A DNA stretch of 64,000 nt. Origin: Cyanophora paradoxa CCMP329 (taxonomy: Eukaryota > Plantae > Glaucophyta). The stretch lies in assembly GCA_004431415.1 (NCBI GenBank), contig QPMI01000040.1:434001-498000 (forward strand), read 5' to 3'. Both the position numbers and the translations under genes were made by a program. Under the pieces are notes generated by a model. The model did no database searches. It had not been told where the DNA came from and saw nothing but the letters and a program-made list of their open reading frames with translations. Each line of letters opens with the position of its first letter. Within the stretch, counting starts at the first letter, position 1. Below, piece by piece: positions 21,801-34,534 of the stretch.

Positions 21801-24800
21801 GAGATCGTCGTCGCGCTGGACGCGGCCGCCTCCCCGGCCGCCGCCGCCGCCATGACTGGCTTCCTGCGGCAGCTCCTGCGGCCGTTCTTCCTGCAGAGCG
21901 CCGACACCTACGTGACCGTGGTCCGGTACAGCCTCGCCCCCGCCGGCGCCGCCCGCATCGCCATCGCGCGGGGTGAGGCGATGGCCGTCCATGACGCCAT
22001 CGGGCGCGACCCCGCGCTCGTCGCCGCGGACGCCGACCCCTCCGTGCCTCGGCTGGCGGCCCCCGCCATCAACGCAAGCGCGGCGGCGGCGGCGGCGGCG
22101 GCGGCGGAGCGCCCCGGCGTCGTCAGCTCGATCATTCTCGTCTCCTTTGGGGAGCCCCTCGACGGCCCCGCCGCCCTCAACGCCAGCGCCCTCGCCCGCC
22201 TAAGCAGCAACGCGCGCCCGCCCCCAGGCTAGGCTCGCCTCGCGCCTCGGGCTCCACTGAACGCGGGGCGGCGCAGGTGTACGTGGTGCCGGCGGTCGAT
22301 AGCCGGCGCTCCTTCCCGCTCGGCTTCGATCTCTTCCGGCAACTCGCGACGCAGCCAAACGCGACGAGCGTGCAGCCCGCCACGCTTGAGCTCCAGGAGG
22401 AGCTGCAGCGCGCCGCCGCCCGCCTCGCGGAGGTTGTCTGCGAGGGGCGCGCCCTGCCCGGCGGCAACGTCGCGCTCGGCAAGCGCATCGGGGACGTGAT
22501 TACGGTGCCCATCGCCTCGCCTCGAGCTCGCCCCGTTCGCAGCGTCGCGCAGGCCGGCGTCGACCGAGCCCCGCGCGCAGGCCGGGGTCGCGGCGTCCGT
22601 CGCGGTCGGCGTGATCGCCGCCTCCGGGTCCGGGGGCGGCGGCGCCGGCATCGGCTTTGGCTCTGTCGTCGGTCCCCTCGCGCAGTCCCAGGTACCCCCT
22701 CTCCACATCCCCCCCCCCCCTCAAATCCCGCTCACCCGGGCGGCAGGCGATCGCGGCAAACGGGTACCTCGGCGCGCAGCTACCTCCGGGGTACAACGCG
22801 ACGGCCTTCGCCGTCGACTGGACCCTCCTGTTCCTCGGCTCGTTCTGGCAGCAGAACAAGACGGGCTTCGGCGCGACCGTCGCGGGCGGCCAGGGCCCGC
22901 GGAGGCGCGGCCTGCGCGGCGTCGACTCGTTCACGCGGGAGGTGGGGGGGGAGATCGGTCGGCCCTTACTGGAGGAGAACATGTGCACACACGCGTCCCG
23001 CTCGAATTCCCCCCGAATTCGAATGTACCCCGGCCGCGCCCGCCCGCCCACCCGACGCTCGTGCTCCCGACAGGATCTGGACGGGCTGCCTCCTCGTGCT
23101 GGTGACGGGCCTGCAGGGGGCCGTCTTCGCCGCCTCCCGCGCCCTCCGGAGGCCCTTCCCCAGGATGTTCTGGTTCCTAAAGCCCCAGCTCTCCGTCATC
23201 TACGTCGCGTACGAGGCGCGCCCCGCGCCCTGCGTTACAGATTATAATCATTGAATTATACGATATCGAGCTTAGAAACTCACACAAACCAACGTGACAA
23301 ATCTCGGATTGGCCTGGCGGCCCTAAGCTACTAACTGAAAGTGATTTCTTGCAGGGCTTCGTGATCGCCGCGGCGGTCACGGCCGGCTTCAACCCCGCTG
23401 CCCGCATTACCGCCACCTGCCTCCTCGCGCGCCCCGCCCCCCCCCCCCCCCCCCCCCGCCCTCCTCTGAGCGTACCCCCCAGGTCGTCCTCGTGGGAGCC
23501 TTCACGATCTCGGCCGCGGGCGCTGTCTTCTGGTTCCTCAAGTACCGCAAGCGCATCCGCTGGTCGCCGCACGCGGAGCCGGAGTGGGGCCGCCTCTGGC
23601 GCGGCGCGTCGCTCGAGGAGGACGAGGCGGAGCTGAGCAAGGCGGACCGGCTCGTGGCGCTGCCGCAGAGCGTGCAGGCATTCGCGTGGCGCGCGCGGCA
23701 GGTCATGCTCCACCGGCAGCTCAGCGCGGGCGGCGCGGGGGCGTTCCGTGCGGTCGCCCAGATGGGGCTCGCGCGGACCACCTCGCGCAGTGCCTGCGAC
23801 ACGTCGACCCATGGCCAGCGCAGCGCGGCCAGCGAGGCCTGTACCCCGCGCAGCGCCAGCGGTGCCTGTACCCCGCGCGGCGCCGGCGCGCCGGCGGGCC
23901 CTGCAGTCTCGCTCAAGTGGGGCAAGGCCGGCGCCGCGGCACTCGAACAGCGGTCGGCGAGCGCCCCGCCGGCGCCGGCGACCCCGAAGCTCGTCCCCAT
24001 GGGGGATCCGGAGGAGGCCCGCGACCCGAGCCCGCCGAAGCTGCTCCTCGCGGATCCACCGCACGTGCAGCCGGCGGGGCCGGGGGGCGAGATCCTGCGC
24101 CCCCGCGTCCGGATCAATTCTATGTGCCAGGTGCTGCCAATCCCGAGCGGCGGGCACGACGTCGACGTCGACCCCGTCGACGCCGATGGCGGCGGGACGG
24201 CGAGCGAGGAGCTCGAGGCGCGCTCGGCCGAGAGCGCGGCCGCGGGCGCGGGCGCGGGGGCCAAGAAGAGGGATCCCGTCACGCTACTAAAGCTGCGCAT
24301 GCACCTCCTCGCGACCTGGTGCGCCGCGCCGACGCCGGCGCCGCCGCGCCGCCACTCGAGCTCAGCCGCCCTGACCGCGATCGGCGGGGCCCCCCTCAGG
24401 CTGAACTGGGAGCGGGGCATCTGTGCGCCCTGCCCTCGCGATGGGCCCTGGGCCTGCGCTCCGCCGGCCTGCCCGCACGCGCTGAGGCCCCGCAGGGGTA
24501 CTCGACGACGGCTCGCAGGATCCCGGAGGCTCGAACGCGAGGAGGGAGCTCAAAGGGCGCACCATCGTCTGGTCCTGTGCGCCTCCAAGCGCCCCCTCCC
24601 CCGGCCCGGCCCGGCGGCCCCGCCCCGCGACGCCTCACGGGCGCCGCGCAGCGGAGAGCTTCATGTACACTTTTGACATATTCTTCGCTTCCTTCCGTGG
24701 GGACAACGTCGGCATGTGTACGTCCCTTCGATTCGGGGTTTCGGGTGCCCCGCGATCGGCCCGAGCCCCACCCAGGGTACGGGATCTTCGACCTTGTGCA

Positions 24801-25767
24801 CAAGGCGATCTCCGCCCTCGTGACGGGTGCGCATGCGGATCCGCTGCGGCGGTACCCGGTGGCCGCCCGCGCCCCCCGCCCACTCGTTTCGCGCCGTACC
24901 CCCGCAGGCCTCGTGGTGGACCCCGCCACCGTCGCCGACGGTGGCCCCGGCGCCTTCTCGTACGCCGCCGTCCAGGTAACCCCCCCCCCCCCCCCCCCCC
25001 CCCTTCCCCTCCCGCGCCCCGCGGACGCACGCGACCGCCGGGCGCCGGCCGGCAGATCTCGATCCTGCTCGCGATGAACGCCCTCGAGATCGCCTTCGTC
25101 CTCGTCGTCCTTCCCTTCCGGCGCGCGCGCCTCCTCGAGCTCTCCCCGCGGCCATGGCCAGGCGCCCGCGGCTGCACATGCGCTGAGCCCGGCCCCCCGC
25201 AGGGAGTGGATCGAGAACGGGGTGCAGGTCCTCGCCGTCGCGTGCCAGGCGCGCCCCGCCCCCGCCCCCAGTTCTTTGCAGCGCCGGCCGCCCAGCTGCA
25301 GAGTGACGCGCCACGCGCAGAGCGCCGTGCTGGCGCTGCTGCTGGCGGCGACGGCGGACCCGTGGAGCCCGCGCGTCCCCGCCATGTCCCTCGCCTCCTC
25401 CCTCCTCTCCGCCGCCTCGGTCGGCCTCGTGCTGGCGAACCAAGTCCGCGCCGAGCGCGACCTCTTCCGCCGCGCCCTCCGCTGGCTCGCCCGCCCCCTG
25501 CCCAAGCGGGGCACGATCGCGAGCCCGCGCGCGCGGCCGGGGCCGTCGACGTCGACGTCGGAGGACGGCTCGAAACTTAAACCGTGGGGTACCAGTGCTG
25601 TGGCGGCCATGGCCAGCGGCGGCGGTGGCCATGGCACGCAAAGCCCGCGCGACTCCCCGCGCGAGGTCCTCCCCGGCTTCCACCGGCGCGCCCCAGCCGC
25701 GTCCTCGCAGTGGGACGCCGGCGGCGCCCATGGCCAGGTGCGCCGCCCGTGGCCATGGCCTGCCTGA
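9863..25767 (+). CDS. Very large multi-exon cell-surface/membrane protein: FN3 domains, ([14 protein letters not shown])n stalk, Kelch-like repeats, Ig-like/Ser-Thr-rich modules, PKD-like, degenerate vWA, C-terminal multi-pass (TRP-like) region; 5' part cut off by the virus; 3' end approximate
   Basis: Phase-consistent exon chain 9863-9905, 9997-10043, 10096-10179, 10242-10341, 10414-10469, 10541-.... FN3 '[21 protein letters not shown]'; Kelch '[13 protein letters not shown]...LEDAWELDL...W'; PKD 'AYEWT...[12 protein letters not shown]'; vWA '[11 protein letters not shown]'; hydrophobic segments 22570-25450. Confidence 0.75.
11161..12670 (+). repeat. Coding 42-bp tandem repeat (~35 copies) encoding [14 protein letters not shown]
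   Basis: Directly visible unit acggagacgccgagcccgagcccgtcgcccagcccgtcgccg; resembles hydroxyproline-rich glycoprotein stalks. Confidence 0.95.
21337..21432 (+). repeat. Intronic 12-bp minisatellite (AA[A/G]CCGCCGCGA)x8
   Basis: Lies inside intron GT 21329...CAG 21480. Confidence 0.85.
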
Positions 25768-26714
25768 GGTGGCGCTGAGGCCGCCGCGCAGGGGCCGCCC
25801 TCCGCGCCGGAGGCGGACCTGGTGGTTGAGGACGTAGAGGTGCTCGACCGGATCGCGCGCCCCGCTACGCCCGCGCGCCTCCGCGCCGGCACCGGCGGGC
25901 GGTCGAGGTGCGTTCCGGGATCCCCCGCGCCCGCCGCGCCCGCCCGCCGCCGCGCCGCGCCTCTCATCGGCGCGCGGCAGCCCGCGGAGCGCCGCGACGG
26001 TCACCGCGCCCCCGAACGAGGACGAGGCGCGCCCCGCGGGGTACAGCGCCAAGCACATTGTCGTGATGTAGACTAGCTATAGTATACGTAGGGGTACAGC
26101 ACTTCGCATTCGCAGGACGTACTATTCCCGGAATGCTGCAGCACAGTATTTATTAAATTTCGAAATCATCGGATAGTGCTTTTTTTTGTTTCAGATACGT
26201 ATATATATTTATACTTGGAGGGGCGACTCCCCCAATAGGGCCGTCCCCTGTAGCTCTAGATGTACAGTTTCAAGTTTTCAACTTTTTGAAGCCTTTAATG
26301 GACCGAAGACCGGAATCGATAGCGATGATCGTCAGCTACGCCCGCGGGGCATTAATATATTCCAATGATTGGTCCCTATGGTCATGGGTTCCGGAACGCT
26401 GACACGACGCTCGCGATCGACGACGAGCAGAGGCATGCGTAGTTCGTGACTGTTCGTCGCCACGTGCACCGTGCACGTCGGCAGTCCAAGTTCGGATACG
26501 TATACTATAGTCGTATGCTGCATATTTATACACTACTATGATAGCCTGGTTCTAGATCTGGCCATGAGATCCTGATTTTCGGAAGTATGATTGGACTGTA
26601 CATGCACCGTAGCACTGCAGCTATACATGTTTGCCGGTATCCCATTCCCCGCCCACCCTATGCCGCCCCCCTGACATCCATCCGGGGCAGCCCGCCCGGC
26701 GGCCCGCCGGCTGC

Positions 26715-29700
26715 TCAGGTCGCGCGCCCGCCGGCCGCCGCGAGCCGCCGGATGTGCTCCGCGAAGCTGCGCATGCGGCGGCTCGGCTCGGATCTGCGCG
26801 CGTACGGGGCGGGGCGGGGCGGGGCGGGCGCGCCTGGAGTTCTTGATGAGGTCCTCGAGGTCGCAGTGCACGCGGAAGGCCCAGTTGTGCTGCGGGCCCC
26901 TGCCCGCCCCGCCCCGACTTAGCCGGGCCTCGCAGGGAAAGAGGGCCGGAGTGGACGGACCCGAGCTCGGGGGCGTTGATCTGCTCCTCGGCGGGGTGCC
27001 CCGGGCGCCTCGCGTCGGCCCGCACGGCCATGAGGTCCTGGATGGGGAAGACGGCCCACATCGAGGAGCCGGCCATGTGCGCCGCCACCACCTAAGGAAA
27101 AGACGTAGGCGTGAGCCGCCAGCTAGCTAGCTCTCGGGGGGCGGGGGGCGGGGGCGGGCCTTCTCGGCGAGCCAGGGCTCGCAGAACTGGGGCGCGGGGC
27201 CCGGGGCGCGGAGGACCTCGTTGAGGAGGCGCTGCCGCTGGCTGGCGTCGAGGCGCTCCCACCAGAGCCGCAGCGGCGCCGTGTCGTGCGTCGACGTGCT
27301 GCACACCGTCCCGTACCTGAGGACAGGCGTGAGCGAGCGGCGAGGGGGTGCTGGGGGGCCGGGCGGGCGGGCGGGCGAACGGGTAGCGCGAGGGGTCGCC
27401 GAAGGGCTCCGGACCCGTCGGGAACCTGCGGCGGGGTACGGTTTGAAGGCCGGGGACAGGGAGGGGGGCGGCGGGGGGTACGGGGCGCGCCGCTGGATGC
27501 GGAGGCCCAGGATCGAGTGCCGGTCCAGCGTCCGCGGCACGCAGGCCGGGATCATCCCTGCCGGGGGTATCGATTTCATCGATTTTTGCGGAGGGGATGG
27601 AGAGGGGAGGGGTACCGAGGTCCTCGGCGAAGGCGAGCATGGGGCTGGCCGCCTGCGCGCGCTCAGAGGCTAATTGGGGGTGGGGGAGAAGGCCGGGGGG
27701 TAGGCCCGCCTTAAGCATTGGGAGCTTCTCGTCGGCGCTCGCCTCCCACGTCGCGTCCTGCCTGCGGGGGTACGGGATTAGACCGAGGGAGGGGGGGGGG
27801 AAGGAAGGCCCCCGGGGTACGGCCGCCGCACCGGCGCCAGCAGTAGTCGTCGGCGAGCTTGGCGAGGGCTGGCTTCCAGGCGGCAGGGAGCTCCGCGAAC
27901 GAGCGCGAGTCCTGCTCACGCACGCGCCGGCCGCCTCAGCGGGGGCCCGGGCCGGGGCCGGGGGCGCCTGGCGGGCGGGCCTGGATGCGGAAGCGGGGGT
28001 GGAAGGCCTTCGGGTCCTCGTCGTCCTGCCCGGGGGGTACGCGGTCGATTTGGGCCGGGGGTACGCGATCATCGGACGAACGGGGATGAGGACGACGGAT
28101 CCGAGGGCGGCGAGGAGGGTCTCGAGCGTGTAGTCGCGCTCGCGCCGCTCGGCGTCGGTCGCCCACGCCGGCAGCCGGTCCAGCTCCTTGAAAATCTTCT
28201 CCTCTGATGATCACATATCGCATTAGAAGATTATATTAGATTAGTATCCATCCTGTTAACAGGCACCGGTGTCGAAGCAGGGCTTGAAGCGGAGGCGGTC
28301 GCCGCCCGCGGGGGCCGCCTCGAACCACTTGGCGAGGACGTCCCCCGCGCGCCCGCCGAAGGCCTCCTCGACGTGCTGCCGCCGCACGAACGGCGCGCTC
28401 AGGCGCTCCAGCTCCGCGGGGGACGTCCTGCGCCCGGTCGGCGGGGCGGCGGGGCGGGCGGGCGGGCGGGCGCACCCGACGCCGGCGGCGGCGAGCTCGG
28501 CGACCGAGAGGGGCCGCGCGGGGCGGAAGCGGCCCATGAGGCCCCGCACGCAGCTCCCGGGCACCTGCGCGCAGCGACCGTCAGCTCGAGGCGGGGCGAG
28601 GCCCGGCCGGGCGGATCTCTAAATATAGATCGCGGGGGTACGCGCCTCGTAGATGCGGAAGAAGCCGAGCACGTGGTCGATGCGGTACGCGTCGAAGTAC
28701 TGAGCCATGTGCTGCGCGCCGGCGGGGTCAGCTGAGAGCGAGAGACGGGTCGGAGGCTCGCTCGCCTGCATGCGGCGGCGCCACCAGCTGAAGCCGGCGG
28801 CGCGCATGGCGCCCCAGTCGTACGTGGGGAGGCCCCACTGCTGTCCCCAGAAGGAGCCGCCGTCGGGCGGCGCCCCCGCGCTCGTGTCCATCTTGAAGAG
28901 CTCCGGGTGCACCCTGCGAGGAGCCTTTCTCAGGGGTACTGCAGCGCTCGGCTTCGAAGAGAACGACAAGGGGTACCAGGTGTCGACGCAGAAGCGGCCG
29001 ACGCCGATGGGGAGGTCCCCCTTGAGGCCGACGCCGCGGGCGCGGGCGTGCCGCGAGGCCTCCAGCAGCTGCCGGTGCGCGTGCCACTGCGCCCACGCCC
29101 AGAACTCCACGTCCGCCGCCTCCGCCGGGCACGCCCGCGCAGCCGGAGCCGGAGCCGGAGCCGGAGCCGCCTCCTCGGCGGCGGCCTCGGGGGGTACGTC
29201 GACCGCGGACGTCATCGCGTACACCTCGGCGAGGGTCGGGTGCACGAGGCCGGCGCCCCACTGCGGACCGCGTCAGGGGCTACAGGGAACGGAGCGGGGG
29301 TACGGGGGCGGACCGCGGTGTAGTCGCACGTCTTCTTGGCCTCGCGCAGCGCCGAGAAGAGGGCGTACGGCATCAGCCAGTCCCGGTTCGCGGACTGGTA
29401 CCCCCCTTCCGTCTCAGCCGGGGGTAGGGAATCTAAAGGGGGGAAGGGAGAAGGGGGTACGCGCCTTGAACGCGCGGTACTCCGGGTCCTGGACCTGCGC
29501 CCCGCGCATTTCCTCGAAGGCGCGCTGCGGTACCCCCTGTCAGGGCGGGAGGGGGGGGAGAAGGAATGTGGAAGGGGGGTAGGGGCACCCGGAGAAGTCC
29601 CATCTTGGCGCCCTGGACGGCGGTGTAGTCGAGGCGGCCCTTCTCCAAGCCGCCCTTGGCCTGCGCGCCGCCCGGCTCGGCCCCGCCCAGCCGGGGTACG

Positions 29701-31423
29701 GAGTACATGGTACGGGTACGCACGTCCTGGATGGATTTCAAGAGGCCCGGGGAGAGGGAGCCCGTGGCCTGCAGGCGGATGTAGAGGGGGTGCAGAGCGA
29801 ACGAAGAGATCGCGCTGCGGTGCGTATCCACCCCGAGTGAGGCGCGGCGGGGCGGCTCGGGCGCAACGCGGCCGCTCTCGCCTGTAAGGAGATGCGTCGT
29901 GCCTGGGGCCGGGCCGGCGGGAGTCAGACGCGCGAGGCGGGCCCAGCTCGCAGACGAGGGGGGCGGGGGGTACCAGTCGTGGAAGTTGGTGGTGTCGTTG
30001 ACGGGGAGGATCTTCGGGAGGGGGTGTAAGACGGGGGTACGAGGGGCGGGGAGGGGGTACAGGGCGCGGCGTCAGCGGACCTGAACGAGCTTCAGGCCTG
30101 CGGAGAGAAGAGAATCAGGGGCGCACAAAGGGGCGAGGGGGCGCGCGTGGGAGGGGCGCGGAGGCGGCGCGGCGGAGGGCGGACCGGCGTCGCGGCACCA
30201 GTCGGCGAGGAGCTGGAGGTCGGGGAACTCGCCGATGCCGCACGAGGCGCGGGAGCGCAGCGCGAAGACGGGCGCGGCCACGCCGGCCGCGCGCCACGCC
30301 GCCGCCCGCGCGTTCCGCAGCGAGTCGTAGTGCACGACCGCCGCGGAGGCGGCGAAGGCTGAGAGGTCCGAGAAAGGGTCGGCGGAGGCGGCGGGGGCGG
30401 GGGCGCCGGAGAGGGAGAGGGCGGCTAGGGCCGCCTCGGGGCCGCCGGGGCCGGCGCAGAGGCGCTTGAGGACGGCGAGGGACTCGCCGAGGCGCCCGGC
30501 GGTGATCTGCCGGTTCGGGTCCGCCTCCCACGTCACGTCCTTGCGATCGGGCCCGGCGAGGATAAACTTGTACTCCAGCGGGGCCGCCAAGTCGGCCTGC
30601 TCGGGCAGCAGTCAGGGGCGGGCCGGGGCGGCGGCGGCGGCGACGACGACGGCGACGCGGAGAGATTTGATCGCGCGCCTTGCGAAGGAGGAGGTCGGCG
30701 TGCCACACGTGCGAGTCCGGGTCGCAGCTGCGCGAGCGAGCGAGCTCGGCGGGCGTCGCGGCGGGCGTCGCGGCTGAGCGGCCGGGAGGGGCGCGCGGAC
30801 CTGAGCGCCACAGCGTTGGCGGGCTGCCACTTGCCGAGCAGCGGCGAGGAGCCGACGGCGAAGACGCGGCGCCCCTGCAGCGTCGTGGCGTTCGCGGGGG
30901 CGGAGACGGCGAGCCGCACGAGCACGGCGCCCTCCGCGCCGCCCTCCGCGCCCACGAGCGGGATCTCCGTGCGCTCCACAGGCGGGAACTTCACGCCGAG
31001 GACCGCCTCCATCAGCTCGTTCTGGAACGCCTCCGGCAGCTCCGCGCTCGCCGCCCTGCTCGTGTACACGTCCTCCACGATGACGTTGCGCTCCGCAAGC
31101 CGCCCGAGGAATGTTGCAGCAGCCCGCGTCGTGCCTGCGCGCCCGCGCGGCCGGGGAGGGCCGGGCCACCGTCAGATTCAAGTCGCGTACGTGCTGGTCA
31201 GACGGGCCGGACCTCGCTCGGCGGCGCCTGAAGCCGAGCGCACGCGAAGCTCGTAAGCAGCTCCATCCTCCGGGAGCTTGGCGAGAAAGGCCGGTGTGCC
31301 CTTCCCAGTCGGGAGCGACTCAAGGGGCGAGTCGCCGCCGACGACCGCGCAGAGCGTGTCGCCCTCCTGTAAGTTTGTCGGCAAGGGCGCCTTGACGAAG
31401 ATCTGCCTGGACGCCTTCGTCAT
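26715..31423 (-). CDS. DPE2: 4-alpha-glucanotransferase, DPE2 type (GH77 with N-terminal CBM20), multi-exon
   Basis: CBM20 'VFAVGSSPLLGKWQ...LEYKF...VTWEADPNR'; GH77 motifs 'GVAAPVFALRS...GIGEFPDL', 'LKGDLPIGV', 'GAPPD....GQQWGLPTYDW', 'YFDAYRIDHVLGFFRIYE', 'AEDLG', 'STHD', 'PIQDLM', 'EQINAP', 'NWAFRVH'. Confidence 0.93.
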
Positions 31424-32081
31424 GGTTGTTTTCCACGTCAGAAGGATCAAGCCGCGGGCTTGTACCCCTTTCAGAGCGGCTAGATGCCCCGCCGGCTAGA
31501 TGCCCGGCGGCCGGGCCGCTTTCTGCGAGCTTTCCACCTCGCGGGGACGCTGCCAGGCCGCAATCGCAGGAGAAATTGCTGATGCAACCCTGCAGGCCCC
31601 CGGCCTAGTGCACACGTTGCCTAGTTGGGATCACGGAAGGAGTGAACAGGACCCGGGGGTTCTATTCCGCCGCCCGACCAAACGGGTTTATTTAGACAGG
31701 GAAAAGGAAGCTCGCCTCAGACGGAAGGAGATACTTGCCCCGGCCTGTGCTAGCGCTATTCCCGTTTCAGAGAGTCTAAGGTGTGGAAGGAATTGCAATC
31801 CCCGTGAGGCCAGGGCGTGCACGGCGGGCGGTAGAGAAGCGTAAGAAAGAAAGCCCTCATTCATAGAGACAGGTGCGGACATGGGCATATGGGCAGGGCC
31901 TGGTGATGCCCCGCGTGATCCTGAGGCCCCTAGTCCAGGTGCGGTTGCTCAGCTCCAACGGGCGGCAGCCGGTGCTAGCTGCTCCAATCCGCCGAGACGG
32001 CGCTAAGTTTGCGAGCTGCGTTGCTGTCCGGCTGACCATCCCGCTCGCGCACGCCGGTGCTGGCCGGCGAGCCGAGTGCGC

Positions 32082-32590
32082 TTAGTAGAAGAAGCCGAGG
32101 ATCTTGCCGCCGGTGTGCTTCCGGCGCGCCTCCTCGTGATCAATGATGCCGTAGGAGGTGGTGAGCACAAGCACGCCGAACTGGCGGGACGGCAGGAGGT
32201 TGCCAGTCCACTTCTCCATATCGGTGGCCTTCAGGTCGAAGCGGGGGCTGATCACGCCGGCCTTGTTGATGCGGCCAACGAGCTCGACCACGATCTTGCC
32301 AGAGCGGTGGTCATCGACAATCTCGAACTCGCCGATGTAGCCTGGGCGAGGGCGAAGGCGGGCATGGTTAGCGACGGCCGGCGAGCGCTTCCGCGCTATG
32401 CTGCTGCGGCCTAGCTTGTGAAGACTCTCTTTAAACGCATCCTGCGACGCGGCGCACCGTGCTTCTGCATGACCTGAAGGAACTTGATCACGACCTTGGA
32501 GCTCGGCCGGATCATGACCTGGCGCTTGCCGCGCCGCTCCGCATTGACGATCGCGTTGAGGGCGTCGTTGAGCACGCTAACCCGCACCAT
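32082..32590 (-). CDS. RPS15A: 40S ribosomal protein S15a (uS8); exons 32590-32458 and 32341-32082
   Basis: [45 protein letters not shown]|[20 protein letters not shown]...GGKILGFFY; GT-AG intron 32342-32457. Confidence 0.97.
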
Positions 32591-32788
32591 TTTCTGCGCG
32601 ATGGCCGACACGTTAAAAGGGCGTCGCTGACGACACAGCCTGCTTCTAGAGCTCGCGTTTTGCTAGCAGCCCGGTCGCCGCCGCACTAATCCCTCGGGAA
32701 CCCGCCTGCCAACGCGATCGCTGACCTGAGAGCTTTGGTGGCCTACCCCCCCAGGGCTTGCCCCCCACGCAAAGGAAGTTGGCTCGAA

Positions 32789-34534
32789 ATGGAATCCGGC
32801 TCGGCAGAGGACGGGCAGCTGGCCGCGGCGGCGGTACCCTTCAGTGCGCCAGGCCGTCTTGAATCCGCGCCAGCGCGCCTCGCTGCTGATCCGCCCCGGC
32901 CGCGCTCGGCCGGCTCCTCGCAGTGACCGCCGTGAAGGAGAACAGGATAGATGAGATCAAGAAGCAGCTACAGGAGGCGGCCGACGTCGAACAGCTAGTC
33001 CTGCAGGTCGACGAGAAGCGGTGCGCCTTCGAGCCACCCCCACGCAGGCGGACGCTCTTGCTAAGCTTCCGAGCGCGCGCAGGTGGACGCCCTTGCATCA
33101 TGCGTGCGCTCGGGTCCCTCGCCGCGCCGTCCCGGGCCTTAGCTAACCCGATCCCGCCCCCAGAGCATCGAATGGCTTTGAGCGCGCGTGCGAGGTGCCC
33201 ACCGCGCTGAAGCAGCGCTGCCCCGGTCGCGCGCTCATCGCGCCGCGCAGTACCTGATCCAGTACAAGGCGGACGTGAACGCGAGGAACGCGGTGGGCGA
33301 CGCGCCGCTGCACTGGGCCGCCTTCCACGGCCACGACGCGGCGTGCTGGCTGCTGCTGGCGAACGGCGCGGACATCAACGCGAAGGGCAACCTCGGGAAC
33401 ACGCCCCTACACCTCGCAGCGTCCGCGGGGCACGGCCGGGTCCGCCCCGGCCCCGGCCCCGGCCTCCGCCCCGGCCCCAGCCCGGGGCCGAGACCCGCCC
33501 CGCCCCGCCCGCAGGTGGTGGAGCTGTTGCTCTCCTACGGACCCGACATCCACATCAAGAACGGGTACGGCAACACGGCCCTTATGCTGGCCACCCACGG
33601 CTCCGTCATCCACGTCCTGAAGTGTACGCCGCCCCGGCCTGCCCCCCCCCCCGACCCCGCCGACCGCGTACCCCCCCGGCAGTCGCGTTCACGGCGAAGC
33701 ACTGCAAGGTCTGCGAGAAGCCGTACACGGCCCAGTTCCCCAGGGTGCCCGCCTGCCCCCCCGCCTCCCCCCGCCGCCTCCGGGTACGGATGCTGATGCC
33801 GGGGGGTTCGCCCTCAGATGGCGTGCAAGTTCTGCCACGAGATGTTCTGCGACAAGTGCACAGTGAAGGAGCTGCTCCCCGAGCGCGAACGAAGGTGCTT
33901 CCCTCCTCCTCGTCTGTCTGTCTGTGTGAAGCCTTCGGCGCGGGGCGGCGGGCGTGACGCGCGCGCCTGCAGGTGGCCGCTGAGGACGTGCAAGGAGTGC
34001 CTGGGGCGCGTGCGGGAGGAGATAGCGCGGGAGCTCGAGGAGCGCCGCAAGCGCGAGGAGGAGGAGCGCAAGCGGAGGGAGGAGGAGGAGCGCGTCCGCA
34101 GGGAGCGCGACGAGCAGGTGCGGGAGGGAGCGGGAGGGGGGTACAGAGAGGAATTGCGGACGCCCATCTAACGCGCGGCGGGCGCAGGAGCGGAGGGAGA
34201 TCGAAGAGGAGAACAGGATCAAGAGGGAGAAGGAGGAGGAGGAGCGACGAATCCGCGAGGAGGAGGAGCGCAAGAAGAAGGAGGAGGAAGGTGAGGCCCC
34301 CCCCCCCCCCCATCCCTTCTTCGCCAGCGTACCCCCCCTGAGCGCCGCTGACCGGTCCCGGCAGAGCGGTTACGGCTCATGGAGGAAGAGCGGCTGAGGT
34401 TGGAGGAAGAGGATCGGAAGAAGAAGGCGCGCCTGTACCCCCTCGAATCTGCACCCCCCCGCGCCATGGCGAACGACTGACCGCGCCCCGCCGAGCAGAA
34501 GAAGAAGAAGGGCAAGGGCAAGGGGAAGAAGTAG
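32789..34534 (+). CDS. Ankyrin-repeat protein with FYVE-like zinc finger and charged coiled-coil tail, multi-exon
   Basis: Ankyrin 'GDAPLHWAA..GH', 'GNTPLHLAASAGH', 'GNTALMLA'; Cys pairs 'HCKVC', 'CKFCHEMFCDKC', 'RTCKEC'; E/R/K-rich tail ending KKKGKGKGKK*. Confidence 0.82.

Noticed and set aside
32342-32457. Intronic snoRNA in RPS15A
   Set aside because: No C/D or H/ACA boxes discernible.
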